Positions 23,769-36,522 of a stretch of DNA of 64,000 bases are shown here, one piece after another. The DNA is from Acanthaster planci (lineage: Eukaryota). Where the stretch lies: contig NW_019091357.1 in the NCBI RefSeq assembly GCF_001949145.1, positions 1,514,746-1,578,745 on the forward strand, in the 5' to 3' direction. Within the stretch, counting starts at the first letter, position 1. Each line of letters starts with the position of its first letter. The notes under the pieces were generated by a model, which saw nothing but the letters and a program-made list of their open reading frames with translations, did not search any database and had not been told where the DNA came from. A program made the translations under genes and the position numbers.

Positions 23769-26503
23769 CAATTTCCATTTCTATCAGCTGCTATTCCAGG
23801 CTTGGTCGATGTCTTAAAATCGTTGTTTCCACTAATTATGCATATCCACCCAAATGGACGACGCGTCGCCACGGTAATGTCCCCCAAACCTTGTGGTTTT
23901 AACCTGGATTGTCAAGGTATATTTCCTTAGTTCCTCGTTTGCAAAAAAAAGTCTCCTTCACAATGTACCGCATTTCGTCTCACAAAAGAAACCATTTAAA
24001 GTCAAATCCGGTTCTGAACATGTATTTGTTTTTCTCAACATCCTCCCAGTTCGAACTTTTCAGGTGGAACCCAAGGTATTCGTGGTATGTTTTGTCCCAG
24101 CGGCATCGGTATCAAATAGTTTACTTTCGTTTTCAAAACTTGTTGAACTTCCACTTTGTCCGAAGGTCGTGGGAAACGGACCAAGAGTACATTGTTGAAC
24201 CGAATGGCGCCACCATGCGGTGGCTAGATGTAATTAATTGTGTTCATTAATGCTGCTGCTCAGATCCACGGCTTTTTGTAAGATTTGTTCAATATCTGGA
24301 TTGAACAACTTTACCAACGCTTCATTTCCATATTAATCAAGACAATTGCGAAAAGAAATGCTTTTAGATGAATTCTTTTAGCCACGCACAATAGTCTCGA
24401 ATGGCAGATAACCTACCAAAACCCTCGTCCCCGTTCTGTTCGATTCCTACGACCTGAATTTTTTTTGCTTCCCAGGGCTACATCAAACATGATATCGTTA
24501 CTGGCGGAACTTAAAAACGACATAAAACAAGTTACCATTTGACCACAATATCACTTATTTCCGTAGGTACCTAATTATTAAAATAAAGTTTTCGACTCGT
24601 AAACGGTTTTCCTGAGCATGGGTTTTCAACTTCCTAGAAACCACAACGAATCCGCTCACAGCTTACCGCCTTTCGTGCTCATCATGCTACTAATTTTCTT
24701 TCTCACGGCTCGAAGTTTTTTGCACACGTTCCTATCCAAATGTCAACTGTTTGAAACTTGGCATGCCAACCGCATTGCACACACCCCCTCATGAATATTA
24801 ATGACATTCCATATCACAAAAGGTCACCCACGTGACTCAAATGGCGCGCTTTTGCGGATAAAGAAAAGTCTATGTACATGTACAGTGTACATTGTCAGTT
24901 CCGGCTCCCATAGGCAGCTGTTTGTGTGCAATTGCACATTACTTTCAGACAAAGAAAACACACCACTGGAGTATTTAAAAGCCGTCACTTTGAAAGTGTA
25001 TTTTCTGTTCTTTTGTCGCCAACACTTCCGACAATTTTCTTCCTTCAAAGTCTGTGTTACGTGTAAAAGACAAACTTGGCAACAGTTTAGTGGCCGGTAG
25101 ATATTAAGGAACTTGGAAAATGGCAGTGAAAAAATGAAAAACGACTTGGCAACTGCTCACATGCAACAAGGAATGATAAACTAATTTTTGATAATCGAAG
25201 AAAGTAATTCTTTCAAAATGTTCTTACAAAGAATCACTCTATTCTCTGACAAGTATTTTAACATTCAGATGTGAAGCAGTTTATATTAACAGTTTAAATC
25301 TCAACCAGGGAAATATCAACTTACTCATTTCTCCGAAAGATTTTTGGCTCTATTGGAGCGAGTTAACAGAATTACAGAGCTGTTGGATTTCGTAGTTCAT
25401 CTATTCACTTACCAGAAAATCTTGTGAAGGTGAATCAGTAGCAGAGGAAAAACTTGGATCACTTGCCAAAAACTACTTAGAGAACTAGAAAGAATTTCTT
25501 TTTGAAACCAACCTGAAAATTACTCAAAGTATAAACTGCCATGTTTTTATACTTCCTACATTTTCTCACCACGATAAATTTAAATGCGCTGAGGGTTTCA
25601 CCCGAAATCACAAAATAAAATACGGAAATGTAAGCTCAAAAAATGTGCACATTGAAGTAATGTTTGAAAAAAAGGATAACCCCGAAATTTTGATGAAAAT
25701 TTAGGACGAAAAGCAACAGAAAAAAAAACCACAAAAAAAAACATGCACACACACAAGTCAGTTGGCAAGTGTGAAATGCTGGTGAAAAAACCCTGGCAAA
25801 AGAAAAACCTACAATTGAGCTTATCTCAATTTCAAAGTACAACATTTGAGTACTTTTCGTTTCAAAATCAAGCACAGCACTACCTTCGGTAGTCCAGATA
25901 AAATTTCAGGGCAGTAAAGTTTACTCACATTATCCAAACCTCAATCTGTGAACAATGGAAACGAAAAGAAAAGAAACACTTTCTTGGGCTTTCACGACAG
26001 CTTTCATTTCCTCACAAAGCTCTAACTTTTGTAAAATGTGCATGTTAAAAAATATATAAAAGAATTACAAAACATAATTAGATTTAATATGAGAAGAACT
26101 AAAATATCAAGACATACATCTGTATTTTTTCTTTGATACATTATGTACAAGGGCTGTAAATCATAACGACCGACCAATTCTTCCAATACAAACCAATCGC
26201 AAAACGTATTTACAAAAATAAACATTTTTATGAATCGCTGTTCTCAAACAGTTCAAAGTTCTTCCTTTCAATCAGCTGCTCAGTTACAACAAGGCAGTTC
26301 TCATCTTGTCATCAGTCTCCCCAACTCTACTTCTGTTTATCAGCGTGTCCTCAGTTTGTTCACATTCATTCCAAGGATACCAACGGTCACGTCTTCACTT
26401 CAACAGCCCAAGAATAAGAAGCTCTGGAAACTTGATGCATTTGCCAGAAGCCCCTCAACTTGTCCTTGGTCCCAAGTTCAAGGAAGGGGAAAGGAGGGTT
26501 TGT

Positions 26504-29500
26504 CTACACGGGGTGGGGAGCCAACAAAGCTTCCAGTCGCTCCCTCAGGTCAAGATTCCTCCTAGTCTCTCTCTCAAGCTCCATCTTGAGACTCTCTTCT
26601 GTATCTTGAAGGCTGATAACATAGTCGGTTGCTTTCTTCAGAATGACGACTTTGGCTGCACGGTCTGACGAGTTCAGCTCGGGAACCTCGTCCCGCAGAT
26701 GAAGGAAGCTCGTCCGCAGGTCTTCACGCCTCTTCCTCTCCAGTACATTGTGGCATGCCCTCTTCTCTGTGTCCTCCGAGTCTGAGGAAGGATGACTGCC
26801 AGGCTGGCTGGACGGCCGACTGCTTCCCCGACTGCTGCCGCGGCTGCTAACTCGGCTGTTCCCCGCTGAGGACGTGCGGACTAGGTTAGACTTCTGTAGC
26901 ATCTGCTTGACCTCCTCCAGGTTGCCTTCCGTCTTGAGCTTCTTGATGGGGATGGACAGGATGGTGGCGTTGGATGGGCGCCCTCGCTTGCCCAGCAAGG
27001 TGATGTTGATCGACTGCTGCTGGGGTGGATGTGCTCGCGGCTTGGCCGTGTGGTGTCTGTGGTAGGGCCTTGTGGTGTGGGACTTGTGGTGGTGGTGACG
27101 GTGATTAGTGAGTTTCTTCTCAACTGTGACAACATCAATCTCTTCCTCTGTGGAAACAAAAGAAACAGTTCAATTTTAAGAAAGATGCCCTTCATCCTTC
27201 CCAAGATCTTGACAGGCCAGTTGACCCTGGCTACACAAGGAAACTCTCATTCAAAACAAATTATCCACAGTGAAATATGCCTTATCCAAGGTAAATGGCC
27301 CGACCTGTGAAGTTCCCATAAAACCATGAACTAAGAAATGAAACATCTATACGGGAAGAAATTTACAGGTGAAAATACTAAAACTGATGGTGATAGGCCT
27401 TATCTTCTGCCCTTTGGGTCAAATGAAGTAGACACCAGGGCAAAAGCAAGTCTTTGACAATTTCATTTTAATTTGGTTGTTCTCAGTCACTGATCAGGGT
27501 TAATACGTGTCCAAAGTAATCACTGCAATTCAGGACCAGACTGTTTGATTCAATGCAGTTTTTTTTAACAGAAGGCTGCTTATTCCTGCCAGAACGTGTG
27601 TACACACGGTTGACCTATGTACATGATCCTGTACACGCATCAGTTAACAAAAGATGCAGATGGCTACCCTAACTGCATTAATTATATACATAAATACCAA
27701 GTATGACTTTTTCAAGCTCTCAACAAAAGCTACCGAGTTAATCTTTTTCCTAAAAATGAAAAAAAAAAATGCAAAGCTTTAGTAAATTGATGTGCTGGGG
27801 AAAGACGGTCCATTCTCTTATCAGAAATTCAACTGGGTATCATTTTAAATTGTCTACGTAGTTTGAAATGCCACTTCTAGCGTTCACCAGTTTCGTTGGA
27901 CAAAATTGATCCTTTGACATTTCTGGTAAGGACATGTACATGTACATTTTTAAAAACAAAGGCCCTGCTACCGTATATACAGGTATAACTCATTAACAAC
28001 TCAGACATGTGGGTAGGATTGACCGAGTGCCGCTGACTGCTGCTGATAGATTGAACGCCCAGACTTGCAAACCAAACTGAATGCTCGTATTTCAATGCCC
28101 ACACTCACTGAGTGGGAGGATGCTATATTGTGGGTGTTTTTTTTTTTACATGTACATAGTTAATGAACCATAGCCATAAATTTGAAATCTCTAAATAACG
28201 GCACAGCTGCTACAAAGGCAGGCATGAGAAAGCGCTTGAAAAGTATGATCATTTGAATGAAATTTATGCAAATTTATTTGGTCCTTCCTTTTCCACCTTA
28301 AAAACAGAACAATTCGTGCCTACCTACTCAAGAGTAGGTATTCTTAGGATTAGCAACAGATGTTGACTGAATGATAGAACAGGTGTATACAGATGGCTAT
28401 AGCAAGACACCAAAATTGCCCAATATTTACTTTTCTGATCTAGCCAAGGAACTATCTTATGATTCTAGTACTGCATACTTCTTGTCATGCAACTCGGAAC
28501 AATTAGAGCGTTCTTTCCAGAAGCAATAAATAAACTATCTGCGCAACAGTTTGACAAAATCCATTTGACCAATTTAAAGACACGGGAAGAACCAAGGCTA
28601 GCATTCAGAATGAGTGAAACACTGTGAGCCCCACACAAAAACAAAAAAAAATTAATAAAACAAATGACCATGTCCACCAAAAAACTCAAAACTGATTTTT
28701 TTTTGGCTTTATAACAATGGCTCAACATTTGAAATTTGCAAACTAACAAGTGTCTGAGTTTTTATCCCCATATTTAGCACTAGCAGACAATATTCCCCGG
28801 GTAGGAGGAGCAATATTCCCCGGGTAGGAGGAGCAATATTCCCCGGGTAGGAGGAGGAGATTGGGGGAAAAATGAAAAATATCCTCGAAATAATCACTAC
28901 AGGGTTTGAGGGCCACGCGTCAGCATAGGGGTATATGGTTTACATATAGTGTTTGCCTAAAAACACCCTCTAAAATACCCATTTCTTGTATTTCACATCA
29001 ACTTTTATAAACGATTCAGAATATTCCACGATTTAAAAAACAGATTGTTTGAAAAACCCCCAAATCGGGAAAAATCCTTAAAAACGTTACCCCCCACGGA
29101 AGACAGCGACCTGCATTTATGAAGTATTGCGCAATATTAAGCAATCTCCAGCACACCGAATACTATCAAGATCGTATTACCACTCACAGTGTCACTAGTA
29201 TTGTATGCCCATATAACCCATCAGACCATGTGTGTCCATATGGCCAAACCAGGATGACTATTGCGCAATCACAACAAACTCTGAAGCAATAACACAAAAT
29301 ACACTATTCCAAACCAGTGTGGGCCCAAATATTTCATGCAGCTCAAAATGTGCAAGCTGTTCAGAGATATTTTCATCTGTTTAATATATAATGTAACATT
29401 AACTTGAATCTTTTTGTTATTTTTGAAAATGATAAAAATAGCACAACTGTCCTTAGACTTTGCTCAATTTTTCAAGTTATGATATTGATAGTGTTCACTT

Positions 29501-31272
29501 GGTGCAATGTCAAATCGGTTGTGTTTCAAATCCAAGCCCTGTTGTCCTGGGTCAATGAATGCTGTGAAGCACAGTTTACAGCAAGAATTCCTTTCACTAG
29601 AGAAGTGACAACATAAATGGACAATTGCAAACACACTCCCCAAAGCACCTTGATTATCATTCTATTGTTGAGACCTGCAAACATGTGTTCAGTTCCCCAT
29701 GTCCGGCCAACAGAGTGGAAAAACCACACACCACAAAGGCTTCATTGACTGTGGAGGCTGGTAATCGCAAGTTCAGAGGATTTCTGAGGCGGCTCTTTGT
29801 TGCCAAGGTTAAAAGAGGGAACAGCTGAAGTGGGTGTTAAAAGCCGCGTAGAATGAGCACATGCACAAATCCCTTAGGTTTGTCATAACACCTCTAATTG
29901 AAGATAGAGCTAAGACCACATGGATAGTAAGCCATGGCTTGAAGAGTTTTAAACCTTTGGTCATGAAGTCTCCCAACACTCCCAGTCAACGCAGCACTTC
30001 ATGTTTACATCATCATGATGTACAGGCTTCTTAATCTGGGGTTATCTGTGATGCAACATTCTTGTGTCATTCATGACCCGGGACCATTTTCTACAGGTGT
30101 TACACAGTGTATTCACGGGTATCAAACCTTCGTAATTACTATGGCCACATCACATCTCACTGGGCCCCTTGGTCTCACAACAGCTAAGCAGGCATCGGGC
30201 AAACACTGATAAAACCACAACATACATGTACTGTTCTTTCCTCAATGCTTTATCCCAACTAAAAACGCGAGTAACAGAAATCCCACCAAGACCTTACTCC
30301 AGTCTCACATGAGCACAAGTGAATGGACAACAAACTTGGAATGATTGGATTTGTGGTTAATTGCGTTCCAAAACCCAAAGAACGCCACTCTTCAAGCCCA
30401 AGTTCCCTGGAAAGGATGATTCAATCAACCACAGTTCTGTGGCAGTATGATTCAACCAATCTGCCAGTAAAATGAACAGGCAATCACAAAACCAAATGCA
30501 AGCTTACAGACTTCCACACCATGTCAAGCGGAACCTGGGAAAAAGTAGGGGGGGGGAGGAACGGTGTTGACTTTTAATGCCATCAGTCTCGGAGCCAATA
30601 CTTACCAGAATCTGATGGTGTGTTTGTTCCTGTGCTGAATAAATCCAATCTCGTCTCACTGAGTGGGTAGGGGAAGACGGCGGAGGGGTCGACACAGTCT
30701 GAGGACCCGTACTCTGAAGCAGGCACCAGAGGCGGCAGCATCAGGCCAGAGTTTGAGGACGGTACCGCCTTCTTAGCTTTCTCCTCGCTTTTCTTCTCTG
30801 TCTTCAAGAAGAATTTGCGCCTCTCCTCGGCGATGATGCTGCTCCACATGCAATCCTGAATCAGCGGAGGGGTGACTGGGGAAGGGGCACGGAAGACAGG
30901 ATCGGAGAAGTGACAGGTACGGGTCATCCAGGGAAGGTCATCGTCATCCATCAGGATGTTGGTGACTTCCTGGAGGAGGTCAGCTTCACCCTCCTGAGAT
31001 CTGGTGGGAGCCGGGGCCTCTTTGGCCCCATCGGGGTGGCTAGGGCTGAGCGGTGGGGTTGGATACAGCTCAAACTTCTTCCAGATATCCTCACTGGGGG
31101 TGGGCGGGGTCAGGCTGGAGGCGTAGAACTCCTCCTCCTGGTCTGGGCCCACAAGGCAGGAATCCACCGAGTCGCTGTCGTCCAAGGAATTGACTTCCGA
31201 AGTCTCGGACGAGCAACGGTGGTAATTGTGATCGCGATGGTCACAAAATCGAAATGCTGCAATAGTTGCCAT
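26504..31272 (-). CDS. MYC: Myc bHLH-zip transcription factor, about 436 aa, 2 coding exons
   Basis: Exon 31272-30606 carries MBI PSEDIWKKFELYPTPPLSP, MBII LIQDCMWS and MBIIIa DCVDPSAVFPYPL. It joins in phase 1 (TCTG|GTAAG ... CCACAG|AG) to exon 27147-26504, which carries MBIIIb EEEIDVVTVE, bHLH KRACHNVLERKRREDLRTSFLHLRDEVPEL...AAKVVILKKATDYV and the leucine zipper. The intron position matches the canonical myc position. Confidence 0.98.
28788..28856. repeat. Minisatellite, 3 exact copies of a 23-bp unit, in the Myc coding intron
   Basis: CAATATTCCCCGGGTAGGAGGAG three times. Confidence 0.95.
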
Positions 31273-32072
31273 TGCCGAAATCAGCTGATGTATAAATCCA
31301 GTACAGTGGTCGACTGGAAAAACACTCGTCAGTTCCTGAAAATTAAACGGAAATCATGGTTACTAACGCAATGTGCCATGTGCCATTTCGATCGCATCAA
31401 AAGTATCACAATTGTTACAAAATCGAATGGCGCGCTCAACGAACGCGGAAGTGCAACTACCCTACACAAGGTCACACATGCACATGTACATATTTACGGG
31501 ACAGTTCTAGCGATAAAAACTCAACAGTGACGACAAAACCACACACAGCTCACATACTCGTAGACTACTCCAACCCTGCATAGCTAGAAAATGTCAGGAA
31601 TTTATGTCCATAGTTAGCAGATCCATCGTTCTCTTTTAGAAGTTAAGTAAGCTGTGACTATGCCGTGCCGGTGACTCAATGGTTCAAGTTAATCACAAGT
31701 CGTTTCGCTGAACCCTTCCTCCATTGTCGAATACGACAAAACGGAACAAATGCTTGCTGCGATCTGGGACAAGACTTTAAATTCCCTACATAAGGAAATA
31801 TCTGCAGCATTGCTAAAAAAGATAAGTGTGAGTAAACTCTAATATAACGAAGCAGCCGATTTCAATTACTACGACCGTCACCCGGTGGCCCACGGGGTTT
31901 TAAATGGGGCGTTCCTTTGCAAGCTCATGAATGAAACACACGGGTATTTAAATCTATCATTCCACACATGCCATCCAAAATACAACAGTTCACACGAAAA
32001 ATGTAGGATTTATTCTCATTGAAACAAGCGAATAACGAACGCCATCAACCAAATCTTATTACATGAACGTAC

Positions 32073-32760
32073 CTTGATGACGGAAACGGTCCAAAGCTGT
32101 TACAGGAAATGGATTTCCACTGTAAAGAATTGGTGTGTGACAGCGACTCGGTACTAGCGCTAAACTCGATGAACCCGGTTTTACTACGAGCGTAAGGAAA
32201 TCCCGCTAATAAATGGCACCTGCAAAACACCGGCCAATATCAGTCCGCGTTGCCGGTGACCATACGGGGGTGCCACTCCATTGAAGTTAGGCAACTGGGT
32301 GGCATTGTGAGGCCACGAGCATTACTCGTCGTAAATACACGATCATTCAACAAGATTGTTTCTTATTTTGAAAGAAATATTTTGCTGCAGAAAAAATTAC
32401 ATGACTGGTGTCGAGCAATCAAGGAAGAATGTGCACGAAAAAATACTGACAAAGCTCGTGGTTTGTGGTTGCAATTACGATAGTGTGTACCCCGGCATGT
32501 CATGATCTACTTTGTCCGAAATGTGTAACTAAAAGTTTAATAAAAACAGAAACAACGCAAAAGTTGGTGGATAAAACGATCAAGAGTATTGGTTTTAACA
32601 TAACGAAAATAAACTTTCCCAATATAGTCTTCTTCTATGTTATTTCACAAATGTTGCGCAATATTATTTTCTGGGCGCGTAGGACTTTAAGGTGGACACA
32701 TCACGTCCTGTGGGCGGGCTGAAAAAAGCCCGCGCCACAACCAAAAGCCAATCACAAGAA
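32073..32760 (-). promoter_or_regulatory. Putative Myc non-coding exon 1 and promoter
   Basis: An acceptor TTTAATTTTCAG| at 31336/31335 lies 63 nt before the ATG, so an upstream exon is needed. Candidate donor CAAG|GTACGT at 32073/32072. GC box 32712-32718, CCAAT 32748-32752 and TTGCGCAA near 32653. The transcription start cannot be fixed from sequence alone. Confidence 0.4.
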
Positions 32761-34545
32761 TAAGTCATGAGAGAGTCTAGTTCATTTTACCAAAGGGGTG
32801 TTTCTATCATGGAATGTCTGCTTTCTATCGGTTTTGTTTAAAAAAGAAAAGAGAGGGGCAGTTACAACACAAAGGAATCTTTGCTTTGCCGCATTATCAG
32901 TGGTCTTTAAATACATCCCTGGTACGTGCGTGTAACAGAAAACCCGTGAACCTAACATGTGGAAGGGGGAGCCAAAATTCCGAAACACGTTGGGGAATAT
33001 TAAATGAAAATTTGTCTTATGTGGTAAAATAAAACAGAACGTTTTTATATATTTCATCATAATGTTAGGCCGTGTGAGGCATAGAAAGTAGGTTTTTCTT
33101 CTCTAATGTCAGTTGGATGAAAACGAAAGAAATTTAATCAAATCCTCTTAGAAACGGTTAAAACTAGAATACCCTAAGGTAATTGTTTCTTGTAAAATTC
33201 ATTGAGAAGGAGCAACTAGAAGATACTCTGGCATCAAAGAGAACCAAGGGAGGACCCCCCCCCCGATAATTCCGTTGTAACGCACCGATTTACGGGTGCC
33301 GAACTGCTGTACAATAAATTTCGCGCGCCTGGCTGGTCCGGGCACATTGCCAAAACAATTGTGATACACAAAAGTTTAACTTCTCAAAGAAAGTATTAAT
33401 ATGGTTTCCGCCACACTGTTTTACAAGGCCACTTACGTACGCGTTCACGTACACGTAGGATCCTGCTCAATGTGCAAGGGAGAGTTAACGAGGATAGCAA
33501 TTTGTAGGCTTCACAGCAAAGTGCGCTCCGTGGTTATAAAACTCTAACTTGATTAAGAATAAACACTGCAGTTTCCGCTGCAGTTTTGCAAGGTCAAAGA
33601 CTTCAATTGCACCAGTCTGGGCCATATTCGGGACTGAACCATACCTGTTATGCTCATTACTTTACTCTGAAACTAGAAACAGAAGGGATCCGATACTGTC
33701 ATGGTCATTACAGATTATTTATTGTCAAGATGTGATCTCGCTCTCTGAAAGTGAAAAATGAAAGGGGTGGAGGAAGAGTTGCCCCCTCCCCTCCTCTCCC
33801 CCAGCCCCGCCCATATCCACTTTGCGTCAGCATTTCCCTGCGGAGACCCCTCACACTCACTTTGAATTTGGACGCAGACATAAATAAAAAGCAAAGTTTG
33901 CCATGGGGTCTCCCTACCGTAAGAAATTTGGCCCCGGGGGTCCGCATGGTTCGATGGGCGCTTGTATCCGTGACAAGTACATGTACAGCGCCGCGTCGGA
34001 AACGATTTGGATTTCACTATATCAGGCAGATATTCAGGAGGTAGAGGGAGTGGCGGTCAACCCCCCCCCGCCTAAAAAAATGGGAAAATAATTTTTAAAA
34101 AACTAAAGTAAGTGCAACATTATCATTGTAAATAATGTATGTCATGTAATATTATTGTCTCTGCTTGTCCGCAAAAAAATGAGACATAAAAAAATCTCTA
34201 GATTGCCCCCCCCCCCGCCAAAAATTGTGGATACGGCCTTTATGCATGACGTGGGGTGGTTAGGTTTCTCAAAAATCTAAAGGATAATAATAATAGTAAA
34301 ACCAAAATAAAATAGATGGATCTTGAAAACTTTCAGTTTGAATTGTTCCTAATCCCATTGGGGTGCTAATAGAAATTCAATAAGACCCCATGGCTGTTCT
34401 TGTGTCGCATAATAACATTTTAGCACCTACGCTTATGACATAACGCGTGTGCAGCAACTGGTGTTATCATGATTAAATGAGTCCATGGAGGAAGTCTTGC
34501 GGGCATTAGACTAACGTTTTAGAGCGTATAGGCCTAAAGACAAAC

Positions 34546-34658
34546 TACACTGGACAGCAAAAGAAACTTGCCACTTCTGTCAAAGGCCACACATAGTGAG
34601 TGAATTTTTATGTATGGCCTTTGACAGAAGTGGCGAGTTTCTTTTGCTGTCCAGTGTA
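34546..34658. mobile_element. Tc1/mariner-type MITE (near-perfect hairpin, TA target duplication)
   Basis: TA-CACTGGACAGCAAAAGAAACTTGCCACTTCTGTCAAAGGCCA...TGGCCTTTGACAGAAGTGGCGAGTTTCTTTTGCTGTCCAGTG-TA. Confidence 0.8.
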
Positions 34659-36254
34659 CTTAGGGATAGAAATGCGGCTTGACATGATACAGGGATACGG
34701 TTGCGGGGGCCGAACTGGTTTTTGTACCTACTGGATAGTATCGGTCACTAAAAAGTCAACACTGGCCGGTATGCAGGTATAGCAAAATCCTTTCCACAAA
34801 CAAGACCTGTTAGTGTTATCGGGAAAATCATTGTCTCGCCCGGCATTCACACATTGTCCCGAAGAGCAAACGTTCCACCAGGTCCGGAATTCCTTGACCG
34901 TGGGGAGTGAGGGGAGGGGGTGGCCGACTTATAGCAAACAAGGTACCTGGGGGGGAGGTAATAGTTTAAACTGTTTGTCGTTACGTGCTCTTTTATCTTC
35001 GCAACAATCGATCACAGATCTGGAAGAAGAAACGCCACAAATATGAAGGAATGCACCCACCTCGAAGAAAAAAGTAATCCTTCCACTGCAGTTGATTCTA
35101 TTTATTTATTTTTTTTACAATTATAAACACTAAAGGCGAATCAAGAACCAAATTATTTTCGAGGACTAAACATGTTGGGGGCCAAAAACTTTGGAAATTT
35201 TTGCCACAGAGACCGAGTTACAGTGAACCACTCTCCCTGGTTAAAAAAGAATCTCAGTAAACTTTAAACAGAAGGGGTACAGACAATACCAGAAGTGGCG
35301 AAGGCCCGCCATAACTACGGTTGGCATGCGCTGCACTCACACGCGCTGCGTCGGCTTGACGCGTGCGAGCATTTGCCAAATCACGACATGCATGTAACGC
35401 GAGCGTATCACCTGTCCACAACTTCTCATTCTGGTAGTGAAATTACAATGTACAGGTATCCCGTGCAGTGAATTCGGGGTTCTTCGAGTTTGATGGAAAC
35501 TTCATTACCCTGTCGTGCGCAATAACGATTGCCATCGTGCCAGGTCAAGAGCTTGTATCCGGTATAAGTCTAAAGTTCAAAACCTGTGTGAACAGCATGA
35601 TTCTGCAAAATGTTATGGGGATATGTTTTAGTTGATATGACCCATCTCCGCCCCACTAGCTCAACTCGAATTTCGAAACATGCTAGTTACAGTTTCAGGC
35701 CGTCAAGGCGTCATTCGTAAGTTGGAGCACGTTTTCCTTCCTACATGGTTGGAGGAAAGCACAACATTGAAACGTACCTACCCGCTGTATAATGCTCCAC
35801 AGCTGGGGTATCGTGTTCACGGGGCGTTCCTTAGCTGAATCTTGACATAGCAGAGCGTTTCTCTAAAAGAGCTGCAAACAAATTGAAATAAGGAAAAGTC
35901 AGCCTCTCCATACTTTAAAGAACATATTTCCACAGTGGCTGTTCCGCTAACATCGCTGCCGACTCTCCCCCTCTGCATTACACACAAGAGACAAGCGAAA
36001 TTTGCGAGACAAGTTCACGTGTAAAGTCGGCTCATGGATGTTGCTCTTTTGGTAACACAAATATAGCCGTTGTTGCTCGAGATTAGCCCATACACTTGAC
36101 CTGGGGAAGTCGGGACCACCAGAGAAAATATCTCAGCGATGAATCAAACCCAGTATACCATCCCATGGGAGTTGTCACTTCCCCCCCTAATGGCCTACTC
36201 TCCACCCCCGTCCAATACACTTTTACGATAGGCTTTTAGGGAGCGGCTCCTAAC

Positions 36255-36522
36255 CAGTGGCGTATGCAGTGGAGGGGGAACCCTGCCTCTCCCCCCGACG
36301 GATTTTTTTTTTATCAAAGAATATAGGTAAGAAAGTAATCGATATATTTATTTATCACATATTGGCATCAGAACCTAAGGGAAACATCACCATGAAATAA
36401 AAGCAAAGATGTCGGGACGGCGAGTGAGGCTTTTGATATTTTGTCTCCCCCAACATCATGTCGAATGAGCCGAAGCCACTTTTGACTTGCCCCCTTGACT
36501 CCAAAAGCTCGATACGCCGCTG
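36255..36522. mobile_element. Non-autonomous DNA transposon with CAGTGGCGTA-type TIRs (hAT-like)
   Basis: CAGTGGCGTAT ... ATACGCCGCTG ends with internal G/C runs. No clean TSD. Confidence 0.55.

Noticed and set aside
28788..28856. 23-bp repeats as a CRISPR array
   Set aside because: The units abut with no spacers and lie in a eukaryotic intron, so this is a minisatellite.
30910..31530. 206-aa + strand ORF overlapping Myc
   Set aside because: It is the antisense shadow of a GC-rich coding exon, with no motifs or splice support.
34546..34658. Hairpin as a pre-miRNA
   Set aside because: Near-perfect long arms with TA flanks and CACTG ends fit a Tc1/mariner MITE better.
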